A DNA stretch of 61,891 bases from Aplysia californica (taxonomy: Eukaryota): assembly GCF_000002075.1 (NCBI RefSeq), contig NW_004797723.1:67508-129398 (forward strand), in the 5' to 3' direction. The notes under the pieces are model-generated. The model was not told the origin of the DNA. It ran no database searches and worked only from the letters and a program-made list of their open reading frames with translations. Below are positions 1 to 12,959 of the stretch, piece by piece; position 1 is the first letter of the stretch; each line of letters begins with the position of its first letter. The position numbers and the translations under genes are program-made.

Positions 1-23
1 GGAGCGATATCAGTGGCACGTCT

Positions 24-75
24 TTTGGCGGGTTTATCAAAACACTGCAACCTTTTGAAACACAACTCATTTGAA
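24..75 (+). promoter_or_regulatory. Possible E2F site and CHR-like elements upstream of the small ORF/CYB5RL
   Basis: TTTGGCGGG at 24-32 and TTTGAA at 54-59 and 70-75, in a CpG-containing stretch ahead of the first splice donor. These are short motifs and could be chance. Confidence 0.25.
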
Positions 76-155
76 AAAAAATCTGGGATGATAATAAAGA
101 AAACGAAAGTAGACTAGAGCGAACAGGACATGCTAGCTAGCATAGAGATCAGTGA

Positions 156-1400
156 ATGTCCTTCAATTCGGTCCCAGAATTAGATGCTCACAGCAATGGT
201 ATAATGGGTGACTGGCATTCGGAAAAAGGTAAGTAGGCCTACATGTATAATCATTTCAGTATTGACTTGTGAAATAAACCAAAGGGAAAATTATGTGAAC
301 CATTCTTCGTGGCTCGTGCACTCACTCTCGGACGTCTGTCTCCTCAGTCCGTTGTTAGTGGCGGAGTGGAATAGAAATCTTTATAAATTATAACATCTTT
401 TGTTTTTAAGACTAAGAATAATCCTTTGCAGCAGAGATGCCAGTTTTTGCCTAATATACCAACACTCTTATGACTGAATCCATTTACTAATTGTACTCAT
501 TCCTCTCACTTTAGGTAGGTGACTAACTAGACTCATATTTAGTTCAGCGAGATAGAAACAACTGAGGGGAAAAGAGAAAGTTGTAGGAGCTGCAAAAGGC
601 TTCTAATCACGTTCCAAGATTGATGGAAGTGTCAAATCAACAGGAAACAAATAAAATTGAATAGTCTAGATGTAGATTCTAGTGATCTGGGCAATAGTTT
701 AGGCCTTCTATCATAAATAATTGTGACCATATTTCCACCTTGCTGAATTAACCATACATGATACATACATGAAAATAACCAGTTACCCGTAGGTTTACTC
801 TAAAACCATATCATGAACTAATATGGCAGCCCCATAACTTCAGCCTCAGCAGAATTATTCATCATTGGTGGCCCCCGCAAATTGTGGCTGTTTTTTTTTT
901 CTTTTAAATCCTTTCGATTTATTTGTTTTTTGTGCTCCTTTAATAATTTTCTAACATTCTGGTTCCATATGTGTACTGTTTTTTATTATGGAGAAAGTAC
1001 AAAATGGGGAAGATCGGTGTACTTTTTCTTCTCTGTCAGCTCAGTGAAACTGCAAACTTATTCTGCTTTTAATGAGCCAAAATAGTGTCTGTTTTTAATT
1101 TATGCTTATGATATGGTACGTCAGTTATTAAAAATATTGTTTTATTGAATTTTATAGTTTTATTGTCTTTTTATTTCAGGCAATAAAAGAAAAAGAGATG
1201 ACTGTGAGGAGTCTTGTCTGTCTCTCAAGTCTGAGAGTAATTTGCAGAACGGTCATCACATCATAGGCAAAACCGTTCCAGCACCGTCGTCATCAAACAA
1301 GAGACAAGCACAAGAGGGGTTTTCTTGGTGGACTTGTTTACAACTTGGTCTTCCTTTGACACAATCTAAGCCTCAACCTCTCAAACCTGATCAGGGATGA
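156..1400 (+). CDS. Hypothetical two-exon small protein (97 aa) immediately upstream of CYB5RL
   Basis: ATG at 156 follows an in-frame TGA. Exon 156-228 ends at a consensus donor AAG|GTAAGT. Exon 1180-1400 follows TTTTATTTCAG|. Phases match (G|GC) and the frame is open to TGA 1398-1400: MSFNSVPELDAHSNGIMGDWHSEKGNKRKRDDCEESCLSLKSESNLQNGHHIIGKTVPAPSSSNKRQAQEGFSWWTCLQLGLPLTQSKPQPLKPDQG. No family recognised. Confidence 0.55.
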
Positions 1401-1673
1401 CTAAGCTGTTTACTGACTGTGAAGTGAAACTACAAATACTTATATAATATATAAATTTATGTGAATGAGTCTATAAGATTTTTATCATCTGTTGTTTAAA
1501 TGGATATTCTTGTTAAAAAAAAACAACCCTATTTACTGAAAGGACTTTCTAACCATACGGTACAGGAGTTTTGAAAAATTTCTTTTTGTGCTTTCTTTTG
1601 CTGTGATCTTATTTTATCGGAAAGTTTGTGTGGAACTTGTCTTTATAATGTTTGAGAAGACTTTTAAAGGGAT

Positions 1674-4600
1674 ATGACTAGCACAACAGAGGATTTTGAC
1701 ACAGACTCTGAAGCGGTGATGCTCCCTGAACCTCCCGAACGACCTTTGGACTCTGACTGCTGTGGGAATGGTTGCGTGCCTTGTGTGTTTGACATCTATG
1801 AAGAGGAAGTTGCTCTCTGGGAAGCTGAGTGCAAAAGATTGAGAACTGGCGGAAAAATATATGTTGAGAATAAGGAGGAACCACAGGTTGGTTGCTTTGT
1901 AGATTGATGAAAAGTATGGTCAAGTTTTTATGTTGTCAATGTATCATTTATAAAGAGGTGAGGGAGGGGAGTGGGGATATAGACATACTTCCCTCTCACC
2001 TTGGGTTCTTAAAAAACTTTAGGATAGTCACCCACTTTGTTGTAAATGTAATTTATAAACTTGTAAGACATATATGTGTATACAAAGCAGCAGCCTGTTC
2101 TTTTTGCTTTGTATAATCTGATATATATGATATGATTCGTTTTTTACATTACATTTTACAATTATAAGGTATCACTAGCATTTTGTCATTGAGAGTGGGA
2201 GAATTTGTATGATTTTCTGTTCATGATATTGTAAAAGTTCTTTCACTGTATTCTTTATGCTCTGTGTGTATCCTCTGTGTTCTAATATCTGGTATCTCAG
2301 TGTAAAACATTTAAATAGAAAAGAATCCTTCTGCTTACCGTTTGTATTGGATTAATACTGCACTCCTTGAAATACTGTAGTTCTTTTTTAGTATACTACA
2401 TGTGGCTGTCTGCATAATGAGAAATACAATGAGTGTCAGTTTCATGGTGGCTTGAATAATACTAACAATGTCATTGATTATGCTTCAAAGGTTTCAGCCT
2501 TGCAACAGAAATTCCTTTATTGGAAAATGTTCTGTTTGTATATTGACATCGTTTTTCTATTATGACACAATGTAGATGTTTCACAATAACAACTTCTTCC
2601 TCTCAGCCTCAATCTAGAAAGTGCCATTGTAACAAGGAACTTAAACAAGACTTCAGTTTTCTGCTAAATGAAAACGGACTGAAGGACCAGAGCCCAAGAC
2701 TGTGGAATTAAGGAATTTATAATGGCAATGACTGAAAGATAGCATTGTTATAATGATGCTAGATTTTGACATTTGAGGAGGCTTCTCACTCAAGCGAAAA
2801 AGTGCAATCCCTGTGCTGCATGTGTATCATTGGAAAGATGAAAATTTGTCTGGGGTTTGTTTTGTTTTCTTGTTATACAGGCATCACCACTCATGCCGGA
2901 CCAGTACAATCATTATGGTATTGAGAGTATCTCTCAAGAGACATGTGATGCTGTCAGGATAAGATGTACCCTGTCACCTCAACAAAAACTTGGTTTGAGC
3001 ATGGGTCAGCACATTATTATCAGGTAAAGGTCACAGTAGTAACTATTTTTGTGTGGGTGGTTGATGGGTGCTCTGGTATGGTTTGCTTCTTCTTTCCTGT
3101 CAAATATATGTCGTCCTTATAGAGATCTCCCCTCCTTCTTTTTTATGTTTGTTACTCTCTTGTAACACCTCTGATCTTCTGGCACTCATATGACCTTATG
3201 CAGTTGCGAGCGCCATAAAACCTCTACTAAAACAAAACAAAAACTATTTTTGTACGGTCATGGCAGTTTTCTTGTTTTTGGCTTGTTGGAATATAATGAC
3301 CTGCTTGGCCACCTTTGGAGGGGGCTGTGCCTCTTGCTCCTGTTCTTTTGCTGTGAGTCTATTGTATACTCACCCTTAAGACGACTGATTCTTTTTTAAT
3401 GAGGTCCCCAAGTATACCCCCCATAATATATGCCGTGCGCAATATACAGCCAAGATCGGGCCCAGCAATGGAGAAGTAATGTCAAATAGGATTTTTCATT
3501 GAACAATTACTGATATTTTGCACTTTTGACTGCTTTTGGGTAGTTTTCCCTTTACTACAACTACCAGCTTTTCAAGTTTTGTAAGTCAGTCTAAAGAGGA
3601 AGAGAGAAGGGCACAAGGCCGGCTTTAAGCCAGTGTATACTTGATTTTATCCATGTTGAGCCTACTCCAACATGGCAGAAATTCACCACCTATTTAATGC
3701 GCGACCAACAGAAAAAAGCAGTTTTTTTAGTCAAAGTATATCCCGTATTATAAGGTTGTGTTATAGGCGAATATATGGCAATTTTGGCCTCTGAGGGAAG
3801 GGGTGAGTGAGATAACTGCTTATACTTATATATTTTCTTTTATTTTTTTTCATATGACGTACTGTGTTAAATCACATTAAGTGCATTGATGTAAAATGGT
3901 TCAAATGGTCAAAGAGAGACAGTTTTTGGCGGGGTGACCACTGTACTTTGATTTTATCTTTGAGCAAGATGTCTTAACACCTCTAGGATATATTGTATTT
4001 TGATGTTAGGATTTGGCCTTGTGATGTCCTACCTCTAGTAAATATAAATGTTGCTCTTCCCTTTGGGTGAGTGGCATCGGTGGCCTAGTGGTTAGGTTGC
4101 CAGACCTGTAATCGTCAGATTGCAGGTTCAGGGGTCCGAGCGTCAGCTCAGTAAGGTTGTTGTGTCTTTGGAGAAACACTTTACATGAATTTCCCATTTT
4201 GTTCGGTCCTTTCGGAGAAGGACATTTGACTCAGAGGTCTCGCCTCTTAAATAATCTAATAGTTTTGATAGGGGCATTAAAACTTTAGATAGATACATGT
4301 ACCATTTTCACCTTTTGGTGAGAAATCATGGTTGTCTGCTACTCTTTACTATTTATTAATTAATATTTATAATAAAATAATAATAGCATTTGTATAGCGC
4401 ATATCCCGGCTCGACAGCAAGCTCTATGTGCTTTACACACTAGCAATACATAACACCTGTTGACTGGTGCTGGGGAAGATGGGGAGTGTGCCCTCCTCTC
4501 ATCATTGTCAATATTTCTCACTCCATGCTGGCATAGGCCACCAACAAGAGCTCTCCTTATATTTATGTCCTGTGCTGTTGTCCCATTTCTGTCCCATCTC

Positions 4601-7600
4601 TTTTGCTTTTTTGATAGTTTATAGTTTTCTTACTATGTGCAGATGTCAAAAGCCTGATGGACCTATGATCACAAGACAGTACACACCAATCTCTCCCGTT
4701 GACACAAAAGGATTTTTTGAGCTAGCCATCAAGGTGAGAAATAAAACTGACTTTAATCAGGCTTGGTACTTCGGAGAAAATATAATATGGACTGTGCTTT
4801 GTGGACTTTGTGGCTTATACTATAGGAGTCTTTGTAAATTTTTGTATGTTTTGTGTGGTACAATTGTTCAAAAATTCTTGAAAAAGTTGTATGAGGACAA
4901 ATTCTCATTTCAAAATTGACAGAACTTTCAACTGCATCTCATGAAAACTCTTTGTGGGCTTGTGTATCAAATAAAATGTTTATGCCCCTAGCAACCATAT
5001 CTGTTATCTATGGCAAAAACTATTGAACAAATCGTTTCATTGACTGTCATTGTATGAGGGAATTTGGCTAAAAATAACTGTTTTTGTGAGAATAGTTTCC
5101 TTCAAATGCCACTACTGTAATGCTTTTTCTCCAAGATTTGATTCCAGCCAATATGCAGTTACGTCACTCTGCCTTTTGAGAGCAAAACAGTTCCCACCTG
5201 TGTCACACCAAGGCCAAAGGTCAATCAAAGTGTATCAAGGCCGAAGGTCAATCAAAGTGTGTTAAAAAAGAATTTTGTCATTTTTACAGATTTACACAGA
5301 AGGTCAAATGTCTCAGCTTGTGAAAAACTGGAAGGTTGGGGAAAGGCTGGAGGCAAGAGGACCTATTGGACACTTGTCATATTCTCGGAACAAAGTAAGC
5401 TATGTTTTCTTTTCCATACTGAGTAGGCTACTTCTTTACTTTCTTGCTGTTTTTGTCCTCAAATACCTTGAGGTGTCAAGGGGAGATGCAATTGTTGGAC
5501 ATGGGCCAGGTGTGTTGCTGTTTGGATGGTCATGTTGTCCGTTTTCGTACAGAGTAAAGAAAGTTTTCAGGCTTATGGAAGAAACATCCTGATTTTGGAG
5601 AGAAAAAAATGGTTTCATAATAATCATAGACCATAATCACAGAATGAAGAGAGTTTGAATTTTGATAGTTGAGGGCACTTTCCAAATCTACCATCTCAAA
5701 CCTCTCAGTGTTTTGGATAGTATTCTTATTTAAACTATTTGTACTGACTAGAGTTTCTTCACTTTTGTGTAGTGGTTGTTTAAAATTTTTTCAGGTTGGC
5801 AGTGAGAACAGGCCAGCATTTTTAATTAGATTTTTCAACTGTGAATGTGTCATGTTAATACTCGCAGCTTGTACATTGTCCCTTTGAAATTTTATTAAAC
5901 TCTTGTCACTCAGAGAGAATTTTCCTTGACAGTGGGTGTTTGGCGGGGGCTGTGCTGTGATTTGCTTGCTCCTTCTTTCCTATCAAACGTCTATCGTTTT
6001 TACCTCTCTCTTTTTTGTGTTTGTTACTCTCTTGATACACTTCTACTAATCTTCTGCACTTATATGACCGAAGTGTGTTGCAAGTGTTGTAAACTCAGAC
6101 AAACAAAAACAAAACTTCCTTGCCTTTGTGTTGGGGATGTGGAAACACCTAAGTGAAGTTACCCTACATTGCTGGCTTACTATGCGCACATAAACCAGTA
6201 ATCAGTCTTGGAGACAAGCAGCCTACAGCATCATCATGTATCCTTTCAGTATAACCTGTTTAGGTGATGTCTGCTCCTTCTATTATTTTTAGTGTTACCA
6301 GTGTATTTTTTTGCTTTGTGGCAAAATGTGGTTATCTGGCAGACTTTCAATAGATAGTCTTTTAGTATATTTGTAATGAAGGTGTTGAAGGGGGACCACC
6401 TGTATTTGGTCAGCCCTACTTCTTTATTCTCCTTCTGTAATTTCTGCCTTGCTCATTCCCAGCTCTGAATGGTCGTTTACTCATGTGCTTCTCCGTCCTC
6501 AAAAAACTCCAACTCAGTGTTTGTACTAGTGGTGGGCGGTACCGGCGAAATCCAGTGTCGGTACTTTCTCGATTAAACTTTGCAAGCAGAATTTTAAAAA
6601 TAGTTACGGCCGCTAAAAAATGATTTCATTTTCAGAATCAGCGTATCAAAATAAGCAAAGTGGCTCACGTGGAACCTGATTTGAAGCCATATTATAAATT
6701 TAAGCAAACTTCGTTTTTGATTGTCAATTTTGAATCTGAAGTCCTGTATAAAGGTCACTCGCTGCGTTGTGTGCATCTGACATCACAGCTGCTAGGCCCA
6801 GGCCTACACACTGCACACTTCCCGTGGCCCGTTAAGAAAAAATCCCCTCTCGTAGGCTCCTTCTCAGAGCCAGTATTAACCGTTGGTGTCGGCTCCTTCC
6901 CGGAGCCGGTACTGGAGGCCAGATGTCGGTACTGACACCTCCTTCGGTAGAACCGGGAGTTCCGGTACTGGGTACCGGTACCTGCCCATCCCTAGTTTGT
7001 ACGACTCAACTGATCTCCTCTTTCACCATAAGATTGTTAGAAAAAAAAACACGTCCTTATTACCATGCTCTATTTCTTTATCCTCAGTTTAGTCGGATCC
7101 TCATGCTGTGTGCCGGAACAGGAGTAGCCCCCATGTGTCAGGTGATCAGCTCTGTGCTCTCGGACGAATTGGAAGACACCTACCTCAGACTGGTATACGC
7201 ATGCCGCTCGTATAAACAACTCCTTGCGAAGATGGAAATTGACGAGTGGCGAAGGTTCTGGAATTTCTCTACCATCTTTGTATTGAGTCAGGTTGGTAAC
7301 GCTAAATATTTTTGCAAGCCCCCATTGACACCATTTTTGATCACCTAGGAGGCAGGCTTTCGACATTGTCTGTCATGGCCAACTCGGGCTGAGAGGAATA
7401 CAATATCCAAACAGAAAGACCAAAATGCTCATCAACAAATTTATTCTCTCTCAGGAATCGAACTCGTGTGTCCTGCGTATGAAAAGGAAGTGCTGAACCA
7501 TCACACCTGATGCCAGTTCGTCCTTACCTTGTGTTTCGATTTTGTTTGTGATGGGGATGGGGTAGTGGATGAATCATGGTTCTCCAGCTCTTTTTGCTTC

Positions 7601-9659
7601 TGGCTTTTTTTTACTCTCTTCCAGGATTTTCATTGTGCAGTCTTACCTCACCCCACCTGTCTGTAATTCATTTCACCTGTGGCAGCCCTTCAGATCTCCT
7701 CCCCAACATATTTGTCTCTCATTTGGACCATGTATTAGTATTACTACATTACTACTTAGTAGTCATACAATTCTTTTCTTATCACCTGTTTACTATTATT
7801 TGCTGCTTTGCCTTTCTTCTGTATTCCATAGTATTATTTAAAAGGNNNNNNNNNNNNNNNNNNNNNNNNNNNNNNNNNNNNNNNNNNNNNNNNNNNNNNN
7901 NNNNNNNNNNNNNNNNNNNNNNNNNNNNNNNNNNNNNNNNNNNNNTGGAAATGGTCCGTGAAATTGAAAAAAAACAACCCAACCCAAACGAACAGACGCA
8001 ACTAGTGGGTAAGTGATGTTATGAATAGAACTTATTTGAGCAAGACAATGTGATCAAATGTAAGTTAGTCCAAGAGGTCGAAAGTTCTACAGAAAAAGTA
8101 TCCAAATAGGAAAATTTAGATACAAAGTTGCTCTTAAGAAAACATAAAATTGATGAAAATGGCCAGCATAGAAATGGAAAAATGTATTGAATTCTTCATT
8201 AATAAATCCTCAAGGAACCAATGTAGCCTTAAGCAAAAACTACCCCCAAAAAAAGTTTGAAAGAAATTTAGGCAGCCTAAAAAATTGTTAGATACACATT
8301 GAGAACACAGCTTCAGTTTCAATTGATTATAGTGGTAAGACAGATTTTGGTCACACTGTGTAGTCCACGGCGCCCAAGGCAAACCAAAATACAATAGTTT
8401 CCTAGAGTCTAGTAAGTGTAGTGTAACCAAAGATTCTCTACTGCAGTAGTCTTCGCCTAAGATCCCAGTGCTCAGAAGCAAGGAAAATATGGGATCTTAG
8501 CCGACGAAGCCAAGGAAGAATCTACAGTGACCCATGAACTGACGTGACCCCTGGGTCGATTTATGACATATGGCAAGCAAAGAGTGGTCAACCTTGATGA
8601 CCACAATCACAGTGGCATGAGGCATGCCATAAATAATATATACATGTATATAACACACTCATTAGCCTATCGTGAGTCTTGAGATCTTTATCTACGTTTA
8701 TCCAGTTGCCCCTCCCTTTCACCTGTCCAACAATTTTAGCTTTCCATCTCTGATTGATTCCCCCCCACCCCCAACCTCCTTTGTCGTTACGCACCAGTAC
8801 GTTGTGACCACACCAATTAAAATTCAGGCTGTCTCACAATTTCGGGAATAGAGAAAAACTGCTTTCAATGGTCAGGGAAGAGTTCACAGTTTGATGTGAT
8901 CCCGCCTGGAGCGAACTTGTAGGCCCGACCCACCCAGTGAGTGATGTAAGTTTAGGTGGTGAGGTCAGATGCGAGTGTGATGTTTGGGGAAAAGAAAGGC
9001 ATCGGTCAGTTCATACCTTGGTGTGATCCCGTCTGGAGCAAACACTGTACCGTTTCAAGGAGTTTTACAATGCTTGTGATCACATTCACAATAGTGACTG
9101 ATCTTTGACGCGACGGGCCGTTCTTTGATCTCAACTTTTAACTCTTGGTTGATCGGCTGTGCCCGCCCGGNNNNNNNNNNNNNNNNNNNNNNNNNNNNNN
9201 NNNNNNNNNNNNNNNNNNNNNNNNNNNNNNNNNNNNNNNNNNNNNNNNNNNNNNNNNNNNNNNNNNNNNNTTAGTATTACTACATTACTACTTAGTAGTC
9301 ATACAATTCTTTTCTTATCACCTGTTTACTATTATTTGCTGCTTTGCCTTTCTTCTGTATTCCATAGTATTATTTAAAAGGGATTTTTGTCCTTTCTACT
9401 TGCATAAATTATCATTTTATTCTTCTTTTTATTTCTGTGTCATTCTTCTCCGCAGGAACCTGACCCTCCCTCCCAAAGTTATAAATATGGTGAAGAAGTT
9501 CTGAGAGGCCATGTGGACAAGGACTTGATTTTGTCAGAGCTGGGAAATAACATGTGCTCCACATTTATCTTGGTGTGTGGTACACGCTCGTTTGAGATGG
9601 ACACATTGAAAGCTTTGAAAGAAATAGGGGTTCCAAATGACAATGTTCATAAATTTTGA
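1674..9659 (+). CDS. CYB5RL: NADH-cytochrome b5 reductase-like protein (319 aa)
   Basis: Exons 1674-1886, 2881-3023, 4643-4733, 5290-5394, 7088-7291, 9456-9659; all GT-AG and phase-consistent. N-terminal oxidoreductase-like motif PERPLDSDCCGNGCVPCVFDIY, FAD-binding GQHIIIR and RQYTPIS, GQMS, NADH-binding AGTGVAPM, C-terminal VCGTRSF...HKF*. Confidence 0.93.
3060..3243 (+). mobile_element. Dispersed short retroelement with I/Nimb-type LINE 3' tail (representative copy)
   Basis: Ends in stem-loop GGC(G/A)CTC-ATATGACCTTATGCAGTTGC-GAGCGCC followed by TAAAACCTCTACT(AAAAC)n. Related copies near 5935-6112, 13945-14085, 16300-16470(-), 20700-20750(-), 29590-29785, 29895-30060, 38745-38790(-), 52465-52550, 59840-60470 and 61440-61655. 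Clade assignment is from recalled tail similarity. Confidence 0.7.
4074..4285 (+). mobile_element. tRNA-derived SINE
   Basis: A-box TGGCCTAGTGG and degenerate B-box, then GTTGTGTCTTTGGAGAAACACTTTACATGAATTTCC shared with the copy at 51480-51640(-). Confidence 0.65.
6527..6994. mobile_element. hAT-type MITE
   Basis: TIRs TAGTGGTGGGC / GCCCATCCCTA, perfect 8-bp TSD GTTTGTAC (6519-6526, 6995-7002), subterminal GGTACCGG repeats. Confidence 0.85.
7320..7515 (-). mobile_element. tRNA-derived SINE (same family as 50577-50800)
   Basis: Reverse strand reads GGCATCAGGTGTGATGGTTCAG...GAGTTCGATTCC; the body is similar to the 50577 and 60508 copies. Confidence 0.6.
8444..9170. mobile_element. Partial copy of the non-autonomous TIR element at 31229-33010
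   Basis: Starts CAGTAGTCTTCGCCTAAGATCCC and shows extensive inverted similarity to 31600-31930 and 32630-33010. Confidence 0.75.
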
Positions 9660-9669
9660 TACCTGTGTG

Positions 9670-11378
9670 TGTTTGTCACCTAAGGGTTCTCTTTATTCCA
9701 GAACATAGACTAATAGACACGAGCATAGAATAACTGAGCTCACAACAGGGATCTCGGACAAGAATTGATTTATTCATCTCGCCACTGTGCACGTCTCCAA
9801 TTGACGGGAGGTAACTCCCTTAAACAGGGATAGGACAATAGGCTGGTTATGTCCCCTACAAAACACCTTCTCGTTTTAGTATAATGTAATACCTAAACAT
9901 CATAATTAAACAGAGGTGCTTAGCACATCAAATATGTCAATCTTTCATCAGTGACATCAAATTTTTTTCAACAATTTCACTGTGGTAATTATACTTTGTA
10001 ATGATAATAATAATTGAGGAAGTGTGCATTTTTGGCTATCTCTATTTCTTGTCTGGCTGACCTTTGTTCTTCGAGTTCCTGCTTGACCTGTTCGTGTTGC
10101 CTTGCTCTTTCAACGGCCTTTTTCAAGGTTAAATCACCCTCAAGTTGAAGCTTTTCTGACAACTCCTTATTGTTGAGACCTAAGACGAGTCTGTCCCTGA
10201 TGGTCTCCTCTTTTTCCCTAAACTCTGCATGCTCATACAAACTACATATATATATACTGTTCTACACTTTCACCTTCCTTCTGATTTCTTCTGTAAAATG
10301 TAGCACGGATGTGAATAACATTTCTTTTGGGAACGAAATATTCTTTCAGCTTTATCAACACTGTGTCAAAATTCTTCTGCTGTTGTAGACAGTTTGTGGA
10401 ATGCGAACAGTTCAAGTGGTTTGAACGACATTGTCTCACGTACATGCCAAAACTTTTCTGCTTCCCTGGTTAAGCCGACTTTCTCAAACGGAGCCTCCTT
10501 TGACCAGTCAATCAAGAACACTTTTCTGTATTGTTCCTCTATTTGCTCAAGGTTTTCCCCCATCAGATGCATGAATGGTAACTCTTGGAATGCTGGTCTG
10601 TTCATCTGGTTGAGGACTTTCTGTTGGCTAAGATTACTCAGACGCTGGAAAAGTTGCATCGACTGGGGAGTCGTTTTTCCACTTGCTCCGTTGCCTCCTC
10701 TTACATGGATTGGCTGCAAATTTTTATGCTGAGAATACGATATTCTTGTGTCTCTTTACGTTCTTCGGACACTCCAGACAAAAATGCTTTGCATTCAGTT
10801 TCAAATTTGAATCCCAGGTCACAGTCCTTGACATCTTTCTTTGAACCATTAGAACAGTCTTTTCCTCAGACTGAAATGGAGCAGACGTAATTCCCTGGAC
10901 AGTTCATTTGGGTTTGCCTTAGCAGACTGAAAGAGACTATTCACTCTTTCAAACTCTTGTATGATTGGAACAACGAAATGGAATAACAGTCTATTGATTG
11001 GGTCTTGAAGCATTTCTTTCAAAAGTCTTGCCTTGTACTTTGAATCAGGCTGTGCATGTAGCTCAGCAATTGTGAAGTAGGCCACAAGTGTGTCCCAGTT
11101 GATCAGAATGTTAAACAGCACCTTTCCACGAACTAGCCACCAAGTTTCTGAAGCTCCTAAGAATGGCGTTGGATGTGACTGGTCGCCATCATTGTCGGAG
11201 TCTGTGTTCATGACTTTGAACAGCTGCTTAAAACCTTCTCTTCGGAGATTACTATGAGAAAACCAACTCGGAATTTCCTTCAGGAGAATTCCAGGACATA
11301 ACCAGCCTACTGTCCTGTCCCTGTTTTAAGGAGAAAACAGGGATAGGACAATAAGGTGGCTATGTCCCTTACACAACA
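9670..11378 (-). mobile_element. Internally deleted Ty3/Gypsy-type LTR element (gag remnant) containing a hAT transposase fragment
   Basis: Minus-strand TG...CA ends with GTGTG on both flanks (9665-9669, 11379-11383). 3' LTR about 9670-9865 with AATAAA and a purine tract before it. Gag motifs YFVPKRNV..R..FYRRNQKEGESVEQYI and IRDRLVLGL...LTLKKA (9989-10385). hAT-like TWWLVRGKVL...NWDTLVAYF and EFERVNSLFQ (about 10390-11285). Confidence 0.72.
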
Positions 11379-11503
11379 GTGTGTGAAGTTGATATAATAA
11401 GTCATAATTTATATTACAGATATATTAGACTCATACACCCAGACGTTGTGCCTTCTTGTTCCTCATTTTTTTCCACCCTTTTCAACTCAGGGTGCATTTA
11501 GCG

Positions 11504-11686
11504 CCACTGATTTTGGTAAAGTACTCAAAATGTACTTTAAAAGTACTCAAAAGTACTTTTATAAAAAGTATCGGAGTACAGGAAAAGTACTGGTTTAAAA
11601 AATGTACCGGAGTACAGTAAAAGTACCGAAAATTGTAACGTAAGTACAAGTACCGGAGTACTTGTACTCCGTTACAACCAGCTCTG
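11504..11686. mobile_element. hAT-like MITE remnant
   Basis: Dense AAGTAC/GAGTAC subterminal repeats ending in GTACTCCGTTACAACCAGCTCTG. Confidence 0.55.
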
Positions 11687-12959
11687 ATTACTACATTACT
11701 ACTTATTAGTCATACAATTCTTTTCTTATCACCTGTTTACTATTATTTGCTGCTTTGCCTTTCTTCTGTATTTCATTATATTATTTAAAAGGGATTTTTG
11801 TCCTTTCTACTTGCATAAATTNNNNNNNNNNNNNNNNNNNNNNNNNNNNNNNNNNNNNNNNNNNNNNNNNNNNNNNNNNNNNNNNNNNNNNNNNNNNNNN
11901 NNNNNNNNNNNNNNNNNNNNNCAACACGCAATGAAATTTGGTACACATTTTAATCAACATGTGTATAGCAAGTACCAAAAAGGAAAATGAAGTTATTTCA
12001 TTTTAACTTGTAGAGTAACATTTCACCAATATCTAGTTTTACGAGTAAAAGTAAAACCTCGAAAGAATGCATACAAATATATCACTCTTTTTACTGTACG
12101 TTCCTTAACTTTTGTTGACTAGTTTATATATATTATCATTCACCTTTGAGGCTGCCATATATGTAATTTTGAGGGCACTCTTTATCATTTATGCTGACCA
12201 GAGTTTCTTTTGCTTTGAGATGGGGTTTCCTTTTTTTTTTTGCTTTGGTAGCTAACCTTAACAGGTCTTTTTGTCTTTAACTTTTATCTTATATCAAGGT
12301 CTTTTAAAGGAACAATGCTTATATGATATCTCAGTTGTTGTTTATTTTACCTTACAAATAAAAAAAACCCAACCTAGGCAATAGATCCTGTGTACCCAGT
12401 CATCCAAAGAGCATGTGTGCATCATACACCCATTTCAAACCATCTCTTGCAGGAGAGACAAGTAATGAACTCTTGCCCATCAGCCAAACACATTCAGACT
12501 TGGGACTTGAGATCTGTTAAAAACTTTTGCCTTCCAAATATTTATATATGTTCGAGGGAACTTGGACAATTATGATAACTCATTTAGAAAAAGAGACTGA
12601 TGTGCAAAATCTGATGTGACAGACTGCTTTTACTTTCTCTGCCCCCTGATATCCTATGGATTGTTTTGGTCTATAGGGAATTAAATCAAGTAGACTACAA
12701 TCAGAACCAGGACGAAATGCCACTATTTAATTAAGTCACTAACTGCTGTGCTCCTCCTAAAGATATGTGACAACTGGCTGTGAAAGTACTAAGGATGTTT
12801 TGAAAATATCTTACTCATTACTAAGAAAGAAAACTTCACACCAGTCTGAGACTTAGTACCTAGAGAGTCAAGTTCTGAAATTAGCAATTTTAGATTTGTA
12901 AGAAGCTTATCATTATCATCATTGCCTTTCTCACCCTGCACCAGGGTATAGGCAACAGA

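Noticed and set aside
8414-8422. Isolated AAGTGTAGT match to U2
   Set aside because: A single 9-mer is expected by chance in 62 kb, and it is not clustered.
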